A stretch of 64,000 nt of DNA from Patescibacteria group bacterium (GTDB lineage Bacteria; Patescibacteriota; Minisyncoccia; Phycocordibacterales; SIBU01): assembly GCA_040390045.1 (NCBI GenBank), contig JAZJZC010000001.1, forward strand, positions 254,318 through 318,317, given 5' to 3'. Of this stretch, positions 9,178-18,895 are shown piece after piece (positions within the stretch are counted from its first letter, which is position 1; every line of letters begins with the position of its first letter). The notes beneath the pieces were generated by a model that ran no database searches, was not told the origin of the DNA, and was given only the letters and a program-made list of their open reading frames with translations. The translations under genes and the position numbers were made by a program.

Positions 9178-10836
9178 ATGAACCAGAAACCTCTTTCACT
9201 CTCCGATCCAATCAGTTTCGTCATTCCGGGCTTCAATTGCGCCTCAACAATTCTTGAGTCTATTGAATCGATCATTGATGGTAACTGGACAGAAGGAGAT
9301 GAACTTATCATCGTGAACGATGGATCAACTGACAACACTGAAAACGTGCTTGCCGAAGCTAAGAAAAAATATCCGTTTATTAAAGTTTTCAATGAAAAAG
9401 AAAACCGTGGCTGCCCTGCGGCCCGAAACATCGGCTACACGCATGCCAGTCACGAAATTATCTTCAACCTTTATTCTGACGATGTGTTAGTCCCTGGAAG
9501 TGTGGCAAAACTAAAAGAGTACATGATCTCCGAAAATGCCGACATTGCCGGTTTTGAAGAATATCGCTATTTTAAAGAAGAAAAAAATGGCAAGAAAAAA
9601 ATTACTCATCGTTGGATGTGTAGACCGGGAGTTTTATCGCTACCAGATTTTCTCGCAGGCGATATAAACCCAGGGCCAGGGGGAAACTTCATGTTCATTA
9701 AACAAATCTGGAAAGATGTTGGCGGTGTTTGGGAATATGGAAAAGGTATGCACGAAGCCTGGGGTTTTACACTTAAATGTCTTATGGCAGGAGCCAAGTT
9801 TGTCGTCATGCCAAAAAGTTTTTACTTTCACCGATACGGCAGTAATTCCCTCTTTGTTCGCGAAGCCGAAAAAGAAAATGAGGTGTCACTCATGGCAACC
9901 AAAATGATTACGCCGTACCTCGATCGACTAGAACCAAGCGACAAGGCTTACATCCAAAGTGAGGAAGGCAGCAAAAATTGGTACAGCTCACTTGACCGCG
10001 CTCCCATTCGACTTAAAGGCGAACCGTTCGGTAAAACGGGTGTTATTGTTGTGGCAACTGACGCTCGATTAAAAACTCTGGTCTTGAGAAAAATTAAAAT
10101 TGCCTACCCTATCTATCGACGCGCTAAGGCCTTACTCTCACGAACCAAATCCTACGTTCGGTTTATCAAACAATTCAAATCGTTTCAAAAATCAAATTCT
10201 CGATTTGTAATGAGCTGGAAAGAACACCGAGCTTTTTTACGAGACGCCGATAAAAATTTTAGTTTTGATCGCCACTATGTCTACCATCCGGCATGGGCAG
10301 CGCGTGTCTTAAAAGAAACCAGCCCCCAAGAACATGTTGATATTTCATCGACCGTTCACTTTTGTTCAATCGTCTCAGCTTTTATTCCGGTGAAATTTTA
10401 CGACTATCGAAAAACTGATATCCGGCTCTCAGGCCTCTCTTGTGGCGAAGCTGACTTATTGAAATTACCCTTCGAATCAAACAGCCTTCAATCACTTTCC
10501 TGCATGCACACCATAGAGCACATTGGCCTTGGCCGCTATGGCGATCCAATAGACCCTGATGGAGATCTTAAAGCCGTTGCCGAACTAACTCGAGTATTGG
10601 CAAAAGGTGGCACACTTTTATTCGTAGTACCAATTGGAAAACCGAAAATTATTTTCAATGCCCACAGAATTTATTCGTATGATCAAATTCTTACCGCTTT
10701 CAAAACTTTGACCTTGAAAGAATTCTCTCTAATTCCAGAAAAACAATCAGCCGGTGGAATTATAAAAAATGCCACGAAAGAAAGAGCCGATCAGGAAGAC
10801 TACGGCTGCGGTTGTTTTTGGTTTACAAAATCGTAA
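9178..10836 (+). CDS. GT2 glycosyltransferase fused to DUF268-type methyltransferase
   Basis: N-terminal VIPGFN, VNDGSTD, NRG...ARN; C-terminal FDRHYVYHPAWA, CMHTIEHIGLGRYGDPIDP, FNAHRIY. Confidence 0.85.
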   Translation: MNQKPLSLSDPISFVIPGFNCASTILESIESIIDGNWTEGDELIIVNDGSTDNTENVLAEAKKKYPFIKVFNEKENRGCPAARNIGYTHASHEIIFNLYSDDVLVPGSVAKLKEYMISENADIAGFEEYRYFKEEKNGKKKITHRWMCRPGVLSLPDFLAGDINPGPGGNFMFIKQIWKDVGGVWEYGKGMHEAWGFTLKCLMAGAKFVVMPKSFYFHRYGSNSLFVREAEKENEVSLMATKMITPYLDRLEPSDKAYIQSEEGSKNWYSSLDRAPIRLKGEPFGKTGVIVVATDARLKTLVLRKIKIAYPIYRRAKALLSRTKSYVRFIKQFKSFQKSNSRFVMSWKEHRAFLRDADKNFSFDRHYVYHPAWAARVLKETSPQEHVDISSTVHFCSIVSAFIPVKFYDYRKTDIRLSGLSCGEADLLKLPFESNSLQSLSCMHTIEHIGLGRYGDPIDPDGDLKAVAELTRVLAKGGTLLFVVPIGKPKIIFNAHRIYSYDQILTAFKTLTLKEFSLIPEKQSAGGIIKNATKERADQEDYGCGCFWFTKS

Positions 10837-10839
10837 AAA

Positions 10840-11832
10840 CTATTTTCTTCGAGAGCTTTTCTTTTTTTGAGCGTTCTTTTTAAAAACTAAAATGTTGTAG
10901 TATTTTTCGGCTGAAAATGAAAATTTCGGACCGATATTCTCGTCGAGTTCTTCGAGAATGGATTCGATACTCCCTTTCGGCTTAAACCCTAAAATTTTCT
11001 TGGCTTTGTCGATCAACACTTTGTAGTTACGTTTATCCGGAACATTTTTCACTTCAACTTCCAATTTCTTGCCGTGTTTCTCCGCAAAATGTTTGCGAAT
11101 TTTTTCGCCGACTTCTCCGACAGTGAAGTTACCTGAAGAAATATTGAAAATGCCACTGACCGAAAGTGGTGCAGAAACCGCGAGCACATAGGCGTCTACC
11201 GCGTCCGCAATCGTAAGAATCGGCCTCCAAATACCTGGGTTATTCACCGTAATCTTTCCGATCGTCTGTGCCTTCATGTACATCGTGTTGACGATAAGAT
11301 CAAAACGCATGCGTGGACTCCATCCGGAAATGGTACCTTTGCGCAAACTGATTACTGAAAAATTTTCATCTTGAAAATACATCACACCAAATTCCCCTTT
11401 TCGTTTTGAAATACCGTAGGGATACAAACTGGTTGCTACGTCCTCCTCATGTAGTGGTTTGTTGTCAGTGAAACCGTACACCGAACCGGAACTGGCGTAG
11501 ATAAAACGCCCGACGCCCGCGAGTTTCGCAACGTAGGCAAGATAGGCTGGAGCCGCGCCGTTGTAAATAAAATTTTGGGACGGCGAAAATTCCGCCATCG
11601 GATCATTCGATAATCCCGCCAAAAAAATCACTTGGTCAAATCCTTTCAAACTCTCAACATCAATATCGAAAACATCTTTCTTAATGACCGGTACGGATTT
11701 TGGCAAATTATTACCAAACCACAATAAATCGAGCACTGTAACTTTATGGCCTTCTTGCAAGAGTTTAGGCACAAGTCGTGAACCGACATAGCCTGCGCCA
11801 CCGGCTACTAAAATTTTTTGTTTAGCGGACAT
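10840..11832 (-). CDS. NAD-dependent epimerase/dehydratase (extended SDR)
   Basis: GGAGYVGS, ASSGSVYG, YGISK, RMRFDLIVN. Confidence 0.92.
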   Translation of the reverse strand: MSAKQKILVAGGAGYVGSRLVPKLLQEGHKVTVLDLLWFGNNLPKSVPVIKKDVFDIDVESLKGFDQVIFLAGLSNDPMAEFSPSQNFIYNGAAPAYLAYVAKLAGVGRFIYASSGSVYGFTDNKPLHEEDVATSLYPYGISKRKGEFGVMYFQDENFSVISLRKGTISGWSPRMRFDLIVNTMYMKAQTIGKITVNNPGIWRPILTIADAVDAYVLAVSAPLSVSGIFNISSGNFTVGEVGEKIRKHFAEKHGKKLEVEVKNVPDKRNYKVLIDKAKKILGFKPKGSIESILEELDENIGPKFSFSAEKYYNILVFKKNAQKKKSSRRK

Positions 11833-13048
11833 TTAAAGTTTTGAAAAATTCTTCAAATGAATTGATCAAGTGCTTCATATGTGGATCGAGCAGACCATGA
11901 TTGCATCCGATAAGAAATCCGTTGCGCATAATGTTGTCAGCCACAGGGTACCCACCGGTGAGTTTCTTGGCCTCGATATTTCTAAATCCAGGCTGGCGTA
12001 AAATGTTTCCGGTAAAAATTGGTCGTGTTTGAATATTTTTCTCTTCCAGAAACTTAGTAATCTCCATTCGAGTAAACGGCGCTCCATCACGAATGGTCAG
12101 TGGAAAGGCGTGCCAAAAAGTTTCCGCTTTAGGGTGAGCTTTCGGCATTACAAAAAAGTCTTCATACTTTTTGAAAAAATCCAAAAGCATCTTGGCATTT
12201 TTTCTGCGGCGAGCAACAAATTGAGGAAAACGTTTCAATTGCTCAAGACCAAAAGCGGCGTTAATTTCTGTCGATTGAAAGTTATAACCAAGTTCGCTAA
12301 AAACAAATTTAGCATCGTACGGCATGCCATCGAGATCTCCGGTAAAACGTTTCTTGAGTTCTTCAGACTTTTCGTAAAAACCAAAGAGCGTTGATTCTCG
12401 TCCCCAGTTGGCTTTGATCAGGGCCTTCTTAGCTAGGGCACCATCGTGAAATGACACCAAGCCTCCTGCGCCAGCAGTTGTAATAACATGCGCCGCATAG
12501 AAACTCGTGGTAGAAATGTCAGAGTAGGTTCCGGTTGGACGCCCAGCAAACTTTGCACCAAGCACGTCACATGAATCTTCAATAAACCAAAGTTTGTGCT
12601 TCCGTGCAAAAGCCTGGAGCTTCCCGAGATCCGCCATATTTCCCATAAGCGAGGGAATCATAATTGCCTTAGTTTTTTTAGTGACCAAACTCTCCATTTG
12701 ATCGAGATTTATCTGATAGGTTCCTTCTACGACGTCGGCGAAGGCTGGTACCAAACCAAGTTGAACCAAGGGAGCGACGGTGGTTGCAAAGGTTAAAACC
12801 GGAGTAATAACTTCACTGCCACGTGGCAAATTAAGCGTATCAATTGCTAAAAAATTGGCTGAAGATCCGGAGTTGAGCAGGATGCCAAATTTCTTCCCAA
12901 ACATTTTGGAAATTTTCTGCTCGAAATCGCGGACTCGTGGACCGCTGGCAATTTTGGTTGGATCCTTCAAAACATCATTTACAGCCTTGATTTCTTCCTT
13001 TCCGTAGACAGTTAAAAGGTATGGAACTCGAATGTCTTTATGTTTCAT
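11822..13048 (-). CDS. PLP/PMP-dependent NDP-sugar 3-dehydratase (RfbH/ColD-like, DegT family)
   Basis: NSGSSAN, EDSCD, SFYAAHVIT (His in place of the Schiff-base Lys), TRPIFTGN. Confidence 0.85.
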   Translation of the reverse strand: MKHKDIRVPYLLTVYGKEEIKAVNDVLKDPTKIASGPRVRDFEQKISKMFGKKFGILLNSGSSANFLAIDTLNLPRGSEVITPVLTFATTVAPLVQLGLVPAFADVVEGTYQINLDQMESLVTKKTKAIMIPSLMGNMADLGKLQAFARKHKLWFIEDSCDVLGAKFAGRPTGTYSDISTTSFYAAHVITTAGAGGLVSFHDGALAKKALIKANWGRESTLFGFYEKSEELKKRFTGDLDGMPYDAKFVFSELGYNFQSTEINAAFGLEQLKRFPQFVARRRKNAKMLLDFFKKYEDFFVMPKAHPKAETFWHAFPLTIRDGAPFTRMEITKFLEEKNIQTRPIFTGNILRQPGFRNIEAKKLTGGYPVADNIMRNGFLIGCNHGLLDPHMKHLINSFEEFFKTLNVR

Positions 13049-13137
13049 ATAATTTTGCGTAATCATAGCAAAAGGGTGCATCCTTTTCAATGAAATGCTT
13101 TTCCGAGGATTTTCTGAAAAAAATTATAAAATTTGCA

Positions 13138-14151
13138 CTAATATTTTCCTAAAACTTTTGAATCAATGTCAGCAATTTCAGATCGCCCCGTAAACAACAT
13201 CGCTCGTTTCAGTTCTGAAGAAAATTTGTTGAAAGTCGTTTCCACACCCTTTTTTCCACCACCAATAACGCTGTAAAGCATTGAACGTCCAACAAGAACC
13301 GCATCGGCTCCAAGAGCCAAGTACACGAACACGTCGTAACCGTTTTTCACTCCCCCGTCCACCAGAATTTTTATTTTTCCTTTCAATTTCTTAGCAATGA
13401 GCGGCAAAATATCCGCCGTCCCTAAAGAATAATCGATTGACCTACCACCATGATTGGAAATCACAATCGCATCGAAACCACTTTTGTATGCAATCACAGC
13501 ATCTTCAACACTCATAATACCTTTTAAAAACATCGGGCCAGAAAAGAGTTGCCGTATTTTTTTTAATTCTTTCGCATCTTTTCGAGTAACCTGCCCAGTT
13601 TCTAAAAGTTTCCCCGCCGCGCCATCAAGATCAATCCCTATCGCGGTCACCCCTGCCTTTTTTAATTTTTCAATTCTTTCTTTGAGTTTCTCAAAATTTC
13701 TTGGCTTGCACACAGCGATTCCACCAACACTTTTTATTAAATCCGGCACAAGATACTCCGAACTGGTATCAAAACCATCGCCGCACATACCGAGTGTGCC
13801 AGCATCTTTAGAGCCTTCGAGAATCGCTTGATGAAAATCTTTTTCTTTTATAAAGTCTTTTAAGCTAGTTTTAATTCCGCCCATCGAAGCTGGCAAAATA
13901 GGAAATGCTAATTTGACGCCGAAAAGTTCCACAGAGGAGTCCGGTGTAAAATGCTTGCCAAGCAAACAAATTTTAATAAAATATTTTGCGAGAGCTTCTC
14001 GATTTCGCAAAAATGTCACGCCGCCACCAACCGCACCGAGCCCCGGCACACCCGCTTCAAGAATTTTTCCACCATATTCTCCGGAAGACTCGACAATTCC
14101 TTGTTTTGCCAAAATATCTTTACCTTTTTTTATAATTTCTTCGGAGGTCAT
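13138..14151 (-). CDS. FMN-dependent alpha-hydroxy-acid oxidase family protein
   Basis: LKGIMSVEDA, ISNHGGR, VDGGVKNGYDV...LALGADAV.VGR. Confidence 0.9.
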   Translation of the reverse strand: MTSEEIIKKGKDILAKQGIVESSGEYGGKILEAGVPGLGAVGGGVTFLRNREALAKYFIKICLLGKHFTPDSSVELFGVKLAFPILPASMGGIKTSLKDFIKEKDFHQAILEGSKDAGTLGMCGDGFDTSSEYLVPDLIKSVGGIAVCKPRNFEKLKERIEKLKKAGVTAIGIDLDGAAGKLLETGQVTRKDAKELKKIRQLFSGPMFLKGIMSVEDAVIAYKSGFDAIVISNHGGRSIDYSLGTADILPLIAKKLKGKIKILVDGGVKNGYDVFVYLALGADAVLVGRSMLYSVIGGGKKGVETTFNKFSSELKRAMLFTGRSEIADIDSKVLGKY

Positions 14152-14152
14152 A

Positions 14153-15112
14153 TTAAAAACCGAACTTTTTAAAATGTTCGATCGTGCGGTCAAGGCCTGC
14201 ATGAAGAGAAACTTTTGGTCGCCAGGAAAAATGGGAAAAGGTTTCCGTCATGTCTGCCTGCCAAACATCACTGTCATAAGAAACAGAACGAAATGTTCCC
14301 CACTTCACTTCACTTTTAGATTGGGTTTTTTGAAGAATGTGAGAGACGACATCTCCGATTGAGGTTCGAACGCCAGAGCCAATATTAAAAATTTCTCCTT
14401 TATATTTTTCCGCTTTATCAGCCGCCTCGAGCAAGAGCTCAACAACATCCGAAACAAAAACAAAGTCGCGCGACACCGTCGGCCGAGTCAGAGCAATTTC
14501 TTTACCGGCTAATGCCTGAGCAATAATTTTTGAGGTCAGTCTTTCTTTTTCATTGGCTGGACCGTACGGAGTAAAAAGTCTCAAGGTTACAATAGGCTTG
14601 TTCTGCGCTCGAGCCAAAGCTTGTCCGTACAGCGTAGCGGCAAGTTTGGTGACACCATACAACTCTCCAGGCTGACAAATTTCCGATTCAGCGATCGGAT
14701 GATCTTTAAAACCATACTCGAGAAAACTGCCCATGCTCACAAAAAAATCGTACGGTAGAGATGCAGTCGCTTCAAATAAGTTTATAGTCCCTAAAACATT
14801 TGTCGCAATAATCGTTCCATTATCCGCCCCCACACCACTGACCACACTTGCCACACCAAGATGAAAAATTCCTTTTGGCTTAATTTTTTTTACAATTTTC
14901 TCAATCGAAGCTTTGTCAGAAAGATCACCGTGATGAACAGAAATTTTAGAGATGATGCCTTCAAGTCGCCAAAAATTTGAAGCGGGACGAGCTAAAACAT
15001 GCACCTCGAAACCGCGCTCGACAAGTGCGTGCACCAAGTGAGACCCAACGAAACCCGTCCCGCCGGTCACGAGAATTGGACCGCTTAATTTAAATTTTGA
15101 AATCTCTGACAT
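14153..15112 (-). CDS. NAD-dependent epimerase/4-reductase (CDP-dideoxyhexose synthase-like SDR)
   Basis: TGGTGFVGS, GSFLEYG, YGVTK, LRLFTPYGP. Confidence 0.88.
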   Translation of the reverse strand: MSEISKFKLSGPILVTGGTGFVGSHLVHALVERGFEVHVLARPASNFWRLEGIISKISVHHGDLSDKASIEKIVKKIKPKGIFHLGVASVVSGVGADNGTIIATNVLGTINLFEATASLPYDFFVSMGSFLEYGFKDHPIAESEICQPGELYGVTKLAATLYGQALARAQNKPIVTLRLFTPYGPANEKERLTSKIIAQALAGKEIALTRPTVSRDFVFVSDVVELLLEAADKAEKYKGEIFNIGSGVRTSIGDVVSHILQKTQSKSEVKWGTFRSVSYDSDVWQADMTETFSHFSWRPKVSLHAGLDRTIEHFKKFGF

Positions 15113-15153
15113 AGAAGTCTCAATAGAGTAACACAAGTCTCAAAATTTAGAAT

Positions 15154-15196
15154 AGAAAACTGCCCCGATTCGCCTTGCGAATCGGGGCAGTTTTCT
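15154..15196. repeat. Perfect 20-bp-arm palindrome (REP-like), core ccccgattcgc-NNN-gcgaatcgggg
   Basis: agaaaactgccccgattcgc ctt gcgaatcggggcagttttct; same core at 28795-28835. Confidence 0.8.
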
Positions 15197-15224
15197 TGAC
15201 AATCTTATTAATTCGTGCTAATAA
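15196..15224 (+). promoter_or_regulatory. sigma70-type promoter of NUDIX cassette
   Basis: TTGACA-17-TAATAA with extended TG. Confidence 0.65.
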
Positions 15225-15259
15225 TATTCCAGATTCCGCAAACAAAAGAAGTTCAAAAA

Positions 15260-15784
15260 ATGAAAAAAACCGGTTTAACGACCGCAGAGGCCGAAACCCT
15301 CGCCGAACTCCTCACCAAAGCCAAATTCCCCCTCCCCAAGGAAGTCTTCGACGCCTGGACAGAGACCCTTCCCACCGGGGCTTTCGAGCTCTGCATCACT
15401 CGAAAAACTTCTGATGGCCTTGAAGTTTTCATGCTCCAGCGGCCCGGAGATGACAAGCACTGGCCGTTTGAATGGCACATACCCGGAACAGTCCTACGAG
15501 ACAAAGACACCTACCCGAAACTCTTTGGCCGCCTGATGAAAAGTGAAATTGGTGGCGGAAATTTCGGGAAACTCCGCCCTGTCGGAACTCGCATTTTTCC
15601 GAAGGGCGAAGGTCTGTACCGGTGTCGCCGTGGCCACGAAACCGCCCTACTTTACACAGTGGAGTTTCTCAAGGGAACCACTCCGGACAACGGCTGCTGG
15701 TTTCCAATCGACCAGCTCCCTAAAAACACTGTCTCCTTCCACCACACCCTCGTGGCGATGGTTCGGAAACATCTTGGGGTCTGA
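15260..15784 (+). CDS. NUDIX-fold hydrolase (GDP-mannose mannosyl hydrolase-like, degenerate Nudix box)
   Basis: EVFMLQRP..D..W...WHIPG...........RL...EIG, RGHE, WFP.D.LP. Confidence 0.7.
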   Translation: MKKTGLTTAEAETLAELLTKAKFPLPKEVFDAWTETLPTGAFELCITRKTSDGLEVFMLQRPGDDKHWPFEWHIPGTVLRDKDTYPKLFGRLMKSEIGGGNFGKLRPVGTRIFPKGEGLYRCRRGHETALLYTVEFLKGTTPDNGCWFPIDQLPKNTVSFHHTLVAMVRKHLGV

Positions 15785-15803
15785 GCCAACCTCACATCAC
15801 ACG

Positions 15804-15835
15804 AAGACTTGCACCTTTTGGAGCAAGTCTTTTTT
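15804..15835 (+). terminator. Intrinsic terminator
   Basis: aagacttgc...gcaagtctt followed by T-run. Confidence 0.7.
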
Positions 15836-15856
15836 ATTTGAGTTATACTTATTGTC

Positions 15857-16714
15857 ATGATTATCATCAAAATCGAAGGGGGGCTGGGCAATCAGATGTT
15901 CCAATACGCGCTCGGGCGCAATCTGTCTCTGACTCACGGAAAAAACTTTAAAATCGACACCTCCTATCTACGAAAAAATAATCAAAGTGGCAGAACCTTT
16001 AGACTCAGCGGATTTAAAATTGTTACGACCGAAGCCACCAAAACCGAAATCAATCGCTACCGTTCGACATTAGAGAAATTTTTCGACCGTATTCGCCCGC
16101 GACCAAACAAGAAAAAAGTGCTTGAACTCAGCAACACCTTCGATCCTGAGGTTTTGAAACGCACCGATGGCTATCTTGTCGGCCACTGGAACGACGCGCG
16201 GTATTTCGAAAGTTCTGAAAATACCATTCTCGAAGATTTCAAACTACAGAAACCATTCGGAGCGGCGGCGGAAAAAATGGCCAGTTTTATTTTTGCCCAA
16301 CCAGAAGCCGTTAGTGTCCACATTCGCCGCGGAGACTATGTCTCAATTCCAAAAATCGCTGACGTCCACGGCGCTCTCCCACTTTCCTACTACGCCGAAG
16401 CCTGCGAAATCATCATGAAGAAAAAACCAAACGCTCATTTTTTCATCTCTTCAGATGATATTGCATGGGCCAAGAAAAATTTTCCTCCACACTACCCCGC
16501 CACATTCATTTCCGATCCAGAAATTCCTGATTACGAAGAAATGACACTCATGAGTTTGTGCAAACATCACATCATTGCCAATTCTACTTTCAGTTGGTGG
16601 GCAGCCCGACTCAATCAGAAAAAAGAAAAAATAATTATTGCTCCAAAAAATTGGTTTCGAGATACCTCGAAAGACGCGAGCAATCTAATTGCCAAAAACT
16701 GGATTCAAATTTAA
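15857..16714 (+). CDS. GT11 alpha-1,2-fucosyltransferase
   Basis: GGLGNQMFQYA, SVHIRRGDY, SDDI.W, IIANSTFSWWAA. Confidence 0.95.
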   Translation: MIIIKIEGGLGNQMFQYALGRNLSLTHGKNFKIDTSYLRKNNQSGRTFRLSGFKIVTTEATKTEINRYRSTLEKFFDRIRPRPNKKKVLELSNTFDPEVLKRTDGYLVGHWNDARYFESSENTILEDFKLQKPFGAAAEKMASFIFAQPEAVSVHIRRGDYVSIPKIADVHGALPLSYYAEACEIIMKKKPNAHFFISSDDIAWAKKNFPPHYPATFISDPEIPDYEEMTLMSLCKHHIIANSTFSWWAARLNQKKEKIIIAPKNWFRDTSKDASNLIAKNWIQI

Positions 16715-16756
16715 ATTGATATTTAGGCGCTTGTATACTAAAATCCAGTCTATTAT

Positions 16757-17749
16757 ATGAAAATTTTAATCACAGGAATTGCCGGCCTTTTGGGTTCTCG
16801 ACTGGCTGATTGGATTTTGGAAAACACCGAGCATACCGTTGTCGGCATCGATAACTTAAGCAGCGGCTATCTTGAAAATGTCCACAAAAAAGCCACGTTC
16901 TACAATCTAGATTTAAACGATCCTAAGCTCGACGAGATTTTCCAGAAACATAAACCCGATTACGTTTTTCACTTCGCCGCCTACGCCGCCGAAGGTCTTT
17001 CGCCATTCATCAGAAAATATAATTACACCAACAATCTCGTGGCGACCGCCGGCGTCGTCAATAATTGCATCCGACACGATGTAAAAAGATTAGTATTCAC
17101 TTCTTCGATGGCAGTCTATGGGAAAGGCAATCCACCATTTAAAGAGACTGACGAGCCAAACCCTATCGATCCGTACGGCGTAGCAAAACACGCCTGCGAA
17201 CGCGACATTCAAATCGCCGGCATTCAACACAATCTCGACTGGTGCATCATTCGTCCACACAATGTGTATGGCATCAAACAAAACATTTGGGATAAGTATA
17301 GGAATGTTTTGGGCATTTGGATGTTCCAACATTTAAACGGAAAGCCTCTAACTATTTTCGGTGACGGTGAGCAAACACGAGCGTTTAGCTATATTGACGA
17401 TTGTTTAGAACCACTTTGGAAAGCGGCGATCGATCCCCGCGCGTCAAAACAAATTATCAATTTGGGAGGTACTAAAGAAATTAGCATCAACGAAGCGAGC
17501 AAAATTTTACTGGAAGTCATGGGTGGCGGAACCATCGAACACCTTGAGCAACGTCACGAAGTAAAAGATGCGCATCCAACCTGGCAGAAATCTGTCGAAA
17601 TTCTTGATTACAAAGATGTCACCTCTCTCAAAGAAGGACTCGCGACCATGTGGCAGTGGGCCCAGAAACAACCGATGAGGGAACAATTTGTCTGGGAAAA
17701 ATACGAAATCGAAAAAGGTATGTATTCGTTTTGGAAGAACAAAAAGTGA
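16757..17749 (+). CDS. NAD-dependent epimerase/dehydratase
   Basis: TGIAGLLGS, HFAAYAAEGLS, YGVAK, RPHNVYG. Confidence 0.92.
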   Translation: MKILITGIAGLLGSRLADWILENTEHTVVGIDNLSSGYLENVHKKATFYNLDLNDPKLDEIFQKHKPDYVFHFAAYAAEGLSPFIRKYNYTNNLVATAGVVNNCIRHDVKRLVFTSSMAVYGKGNPPFKETDEPNPIDPYGVAKHACERDIQIAGIQHNLDWCIIRPHNVYGIKQNIWDKYRNVLGIWMFQHLNGKPLTIFGDGEQTRAFSYIDDCLEPLWKAAIDPRASKQIINLGGTKEISINEASKILLEVMGGGTIEHLEQRHEVKDAHPTWQKSVEILDYKDVTSLKEGLATMWQWAQKQPMREQFVWEKYEIEKGMYSFWKNKK

Positions 17750-17799
17750 TTCTTTCTGTCTCTTCTCTGACTTGAAAACTTTATAACTTTAAAAACTTT

Positions 17800-18828
17800 A
17801 TGAACTCGAGAGTTAGCGTCATCATGCCTGCGTACAACGCGGAAAAATATATTCGCGACGCGGTACAGAGTGTACTTGCCCAGTCTTTTAGAGACTGGCA
17901 ACTTTTTATCGTTAATGACGCCTCAACAGATGGTACAGGAAAAATCCTGGCTGAATTTTCCGGAGAGTCTCGCATTAAAATTATTAACAACACACAAAAT
18001 CTCGGCTCAGTGGTTTCGAGGAATGTTGCGTTTGCTCAAATTCAATCTCAATACGTGGCAATCCTAGATGCCGACGATCTCGCGGAGCAAACACGCTTCG
18101 AAGAACAAGTACAATTTCTCGATGCTCATCCTGATTTCGGACTGGTAGGATCGTGGACGAAAATCATTGATGAAAGTGGCCGCGCCACTGGGCAAATTGG
18201 CCGTGACACCACCCCTGCTGAAAAAGCTCCGATCAAACTCCTCTTCCACAATTTTTTAGCGTTTTCTTCGGTGATGATGCGGCGTACTGCCATGCCGGAA
18301 ATCCCCTTCACCGAAAACTCAGTGCCCGCAGAAGATGTCGATTTGTATTGGAAAATGATTCACCAATGGAAATTCGCCACCCTACCAAAAGTTTTAATCA
18401 GCTACCGCTCGCACCCAAAAGGTATTTCCAAAGTGTACGCGGCAAAAAAACAAGAGGTGATGGACAGGCTAATCAGGGCAGAACTTAATCGTTTCGGCAT
18501 CGAGCCAACAGCGGAAGAATTACAAATTCATCGAACCAATTACGGCTACGCGGGTGCCGACATCGAGCAATTCCTCAGCAAACGAGAGCAGTGGCTTTTG
18601 AAACTGATTGAAAAAAATCGCGAGGCAAAGATTCATCCTGAAAAAATCTTCTCTGAAGTGGTTGCAGAAAAATGGCTTGAGAGTTGCGACGCCAATGCTC
18701 GGTTAGGTTTTAAAACCTGGAAAATTTTTCAACTCTCGCCACTTTCTCAGAAAATTTCATGGCTAAAAAATGGCAAAATGTTATCGAAATTCTGCGTAAA
18801 ATGCCTGCTGTCAAAAGATACAATATAG
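17800..18828 (+). CDS. GT2 glycosyltransferase
   Basis: VIMPAYN, VNDASTD, LDADD, AED. Confidence 0.93.
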   Translation: MNSRVSVIMPAYNAEKYIRDAVQSVLAQSFRDWQLFIVNDASTDGTGKILAEFSGESRIKIINNTQNLGSVVSRNVAFAQIQSQYVAILDADDLAEQTRFEEQVQFLDAHPDFGLVGSWTKIIDESGRATGQIGRDTTPAEKAPIKLLFHNFLAFSSVMMRRTAMPEIPFTENSVPAEDVDLYWKMIHQWKFATLPKVLISYRSHPKGISKVYAAKKQEVMDRLIRAELNRFGIEPTAEELQIHRTNYGYAGADIEQFLSKREQWLLKLIEKNREAKIHPEKIFSEVVAEKWLESCDANARLGFKTWKIFQLSPLSQKISWLKNGKMLSKFCVKCLLSKDTI

Positions 18829-18895
18829 TTTGCCTTTAGAAAAATTCTACGTTAGAGTATGGTACTGATTTTAGAAAGTAAAGACACCCGCCTTT

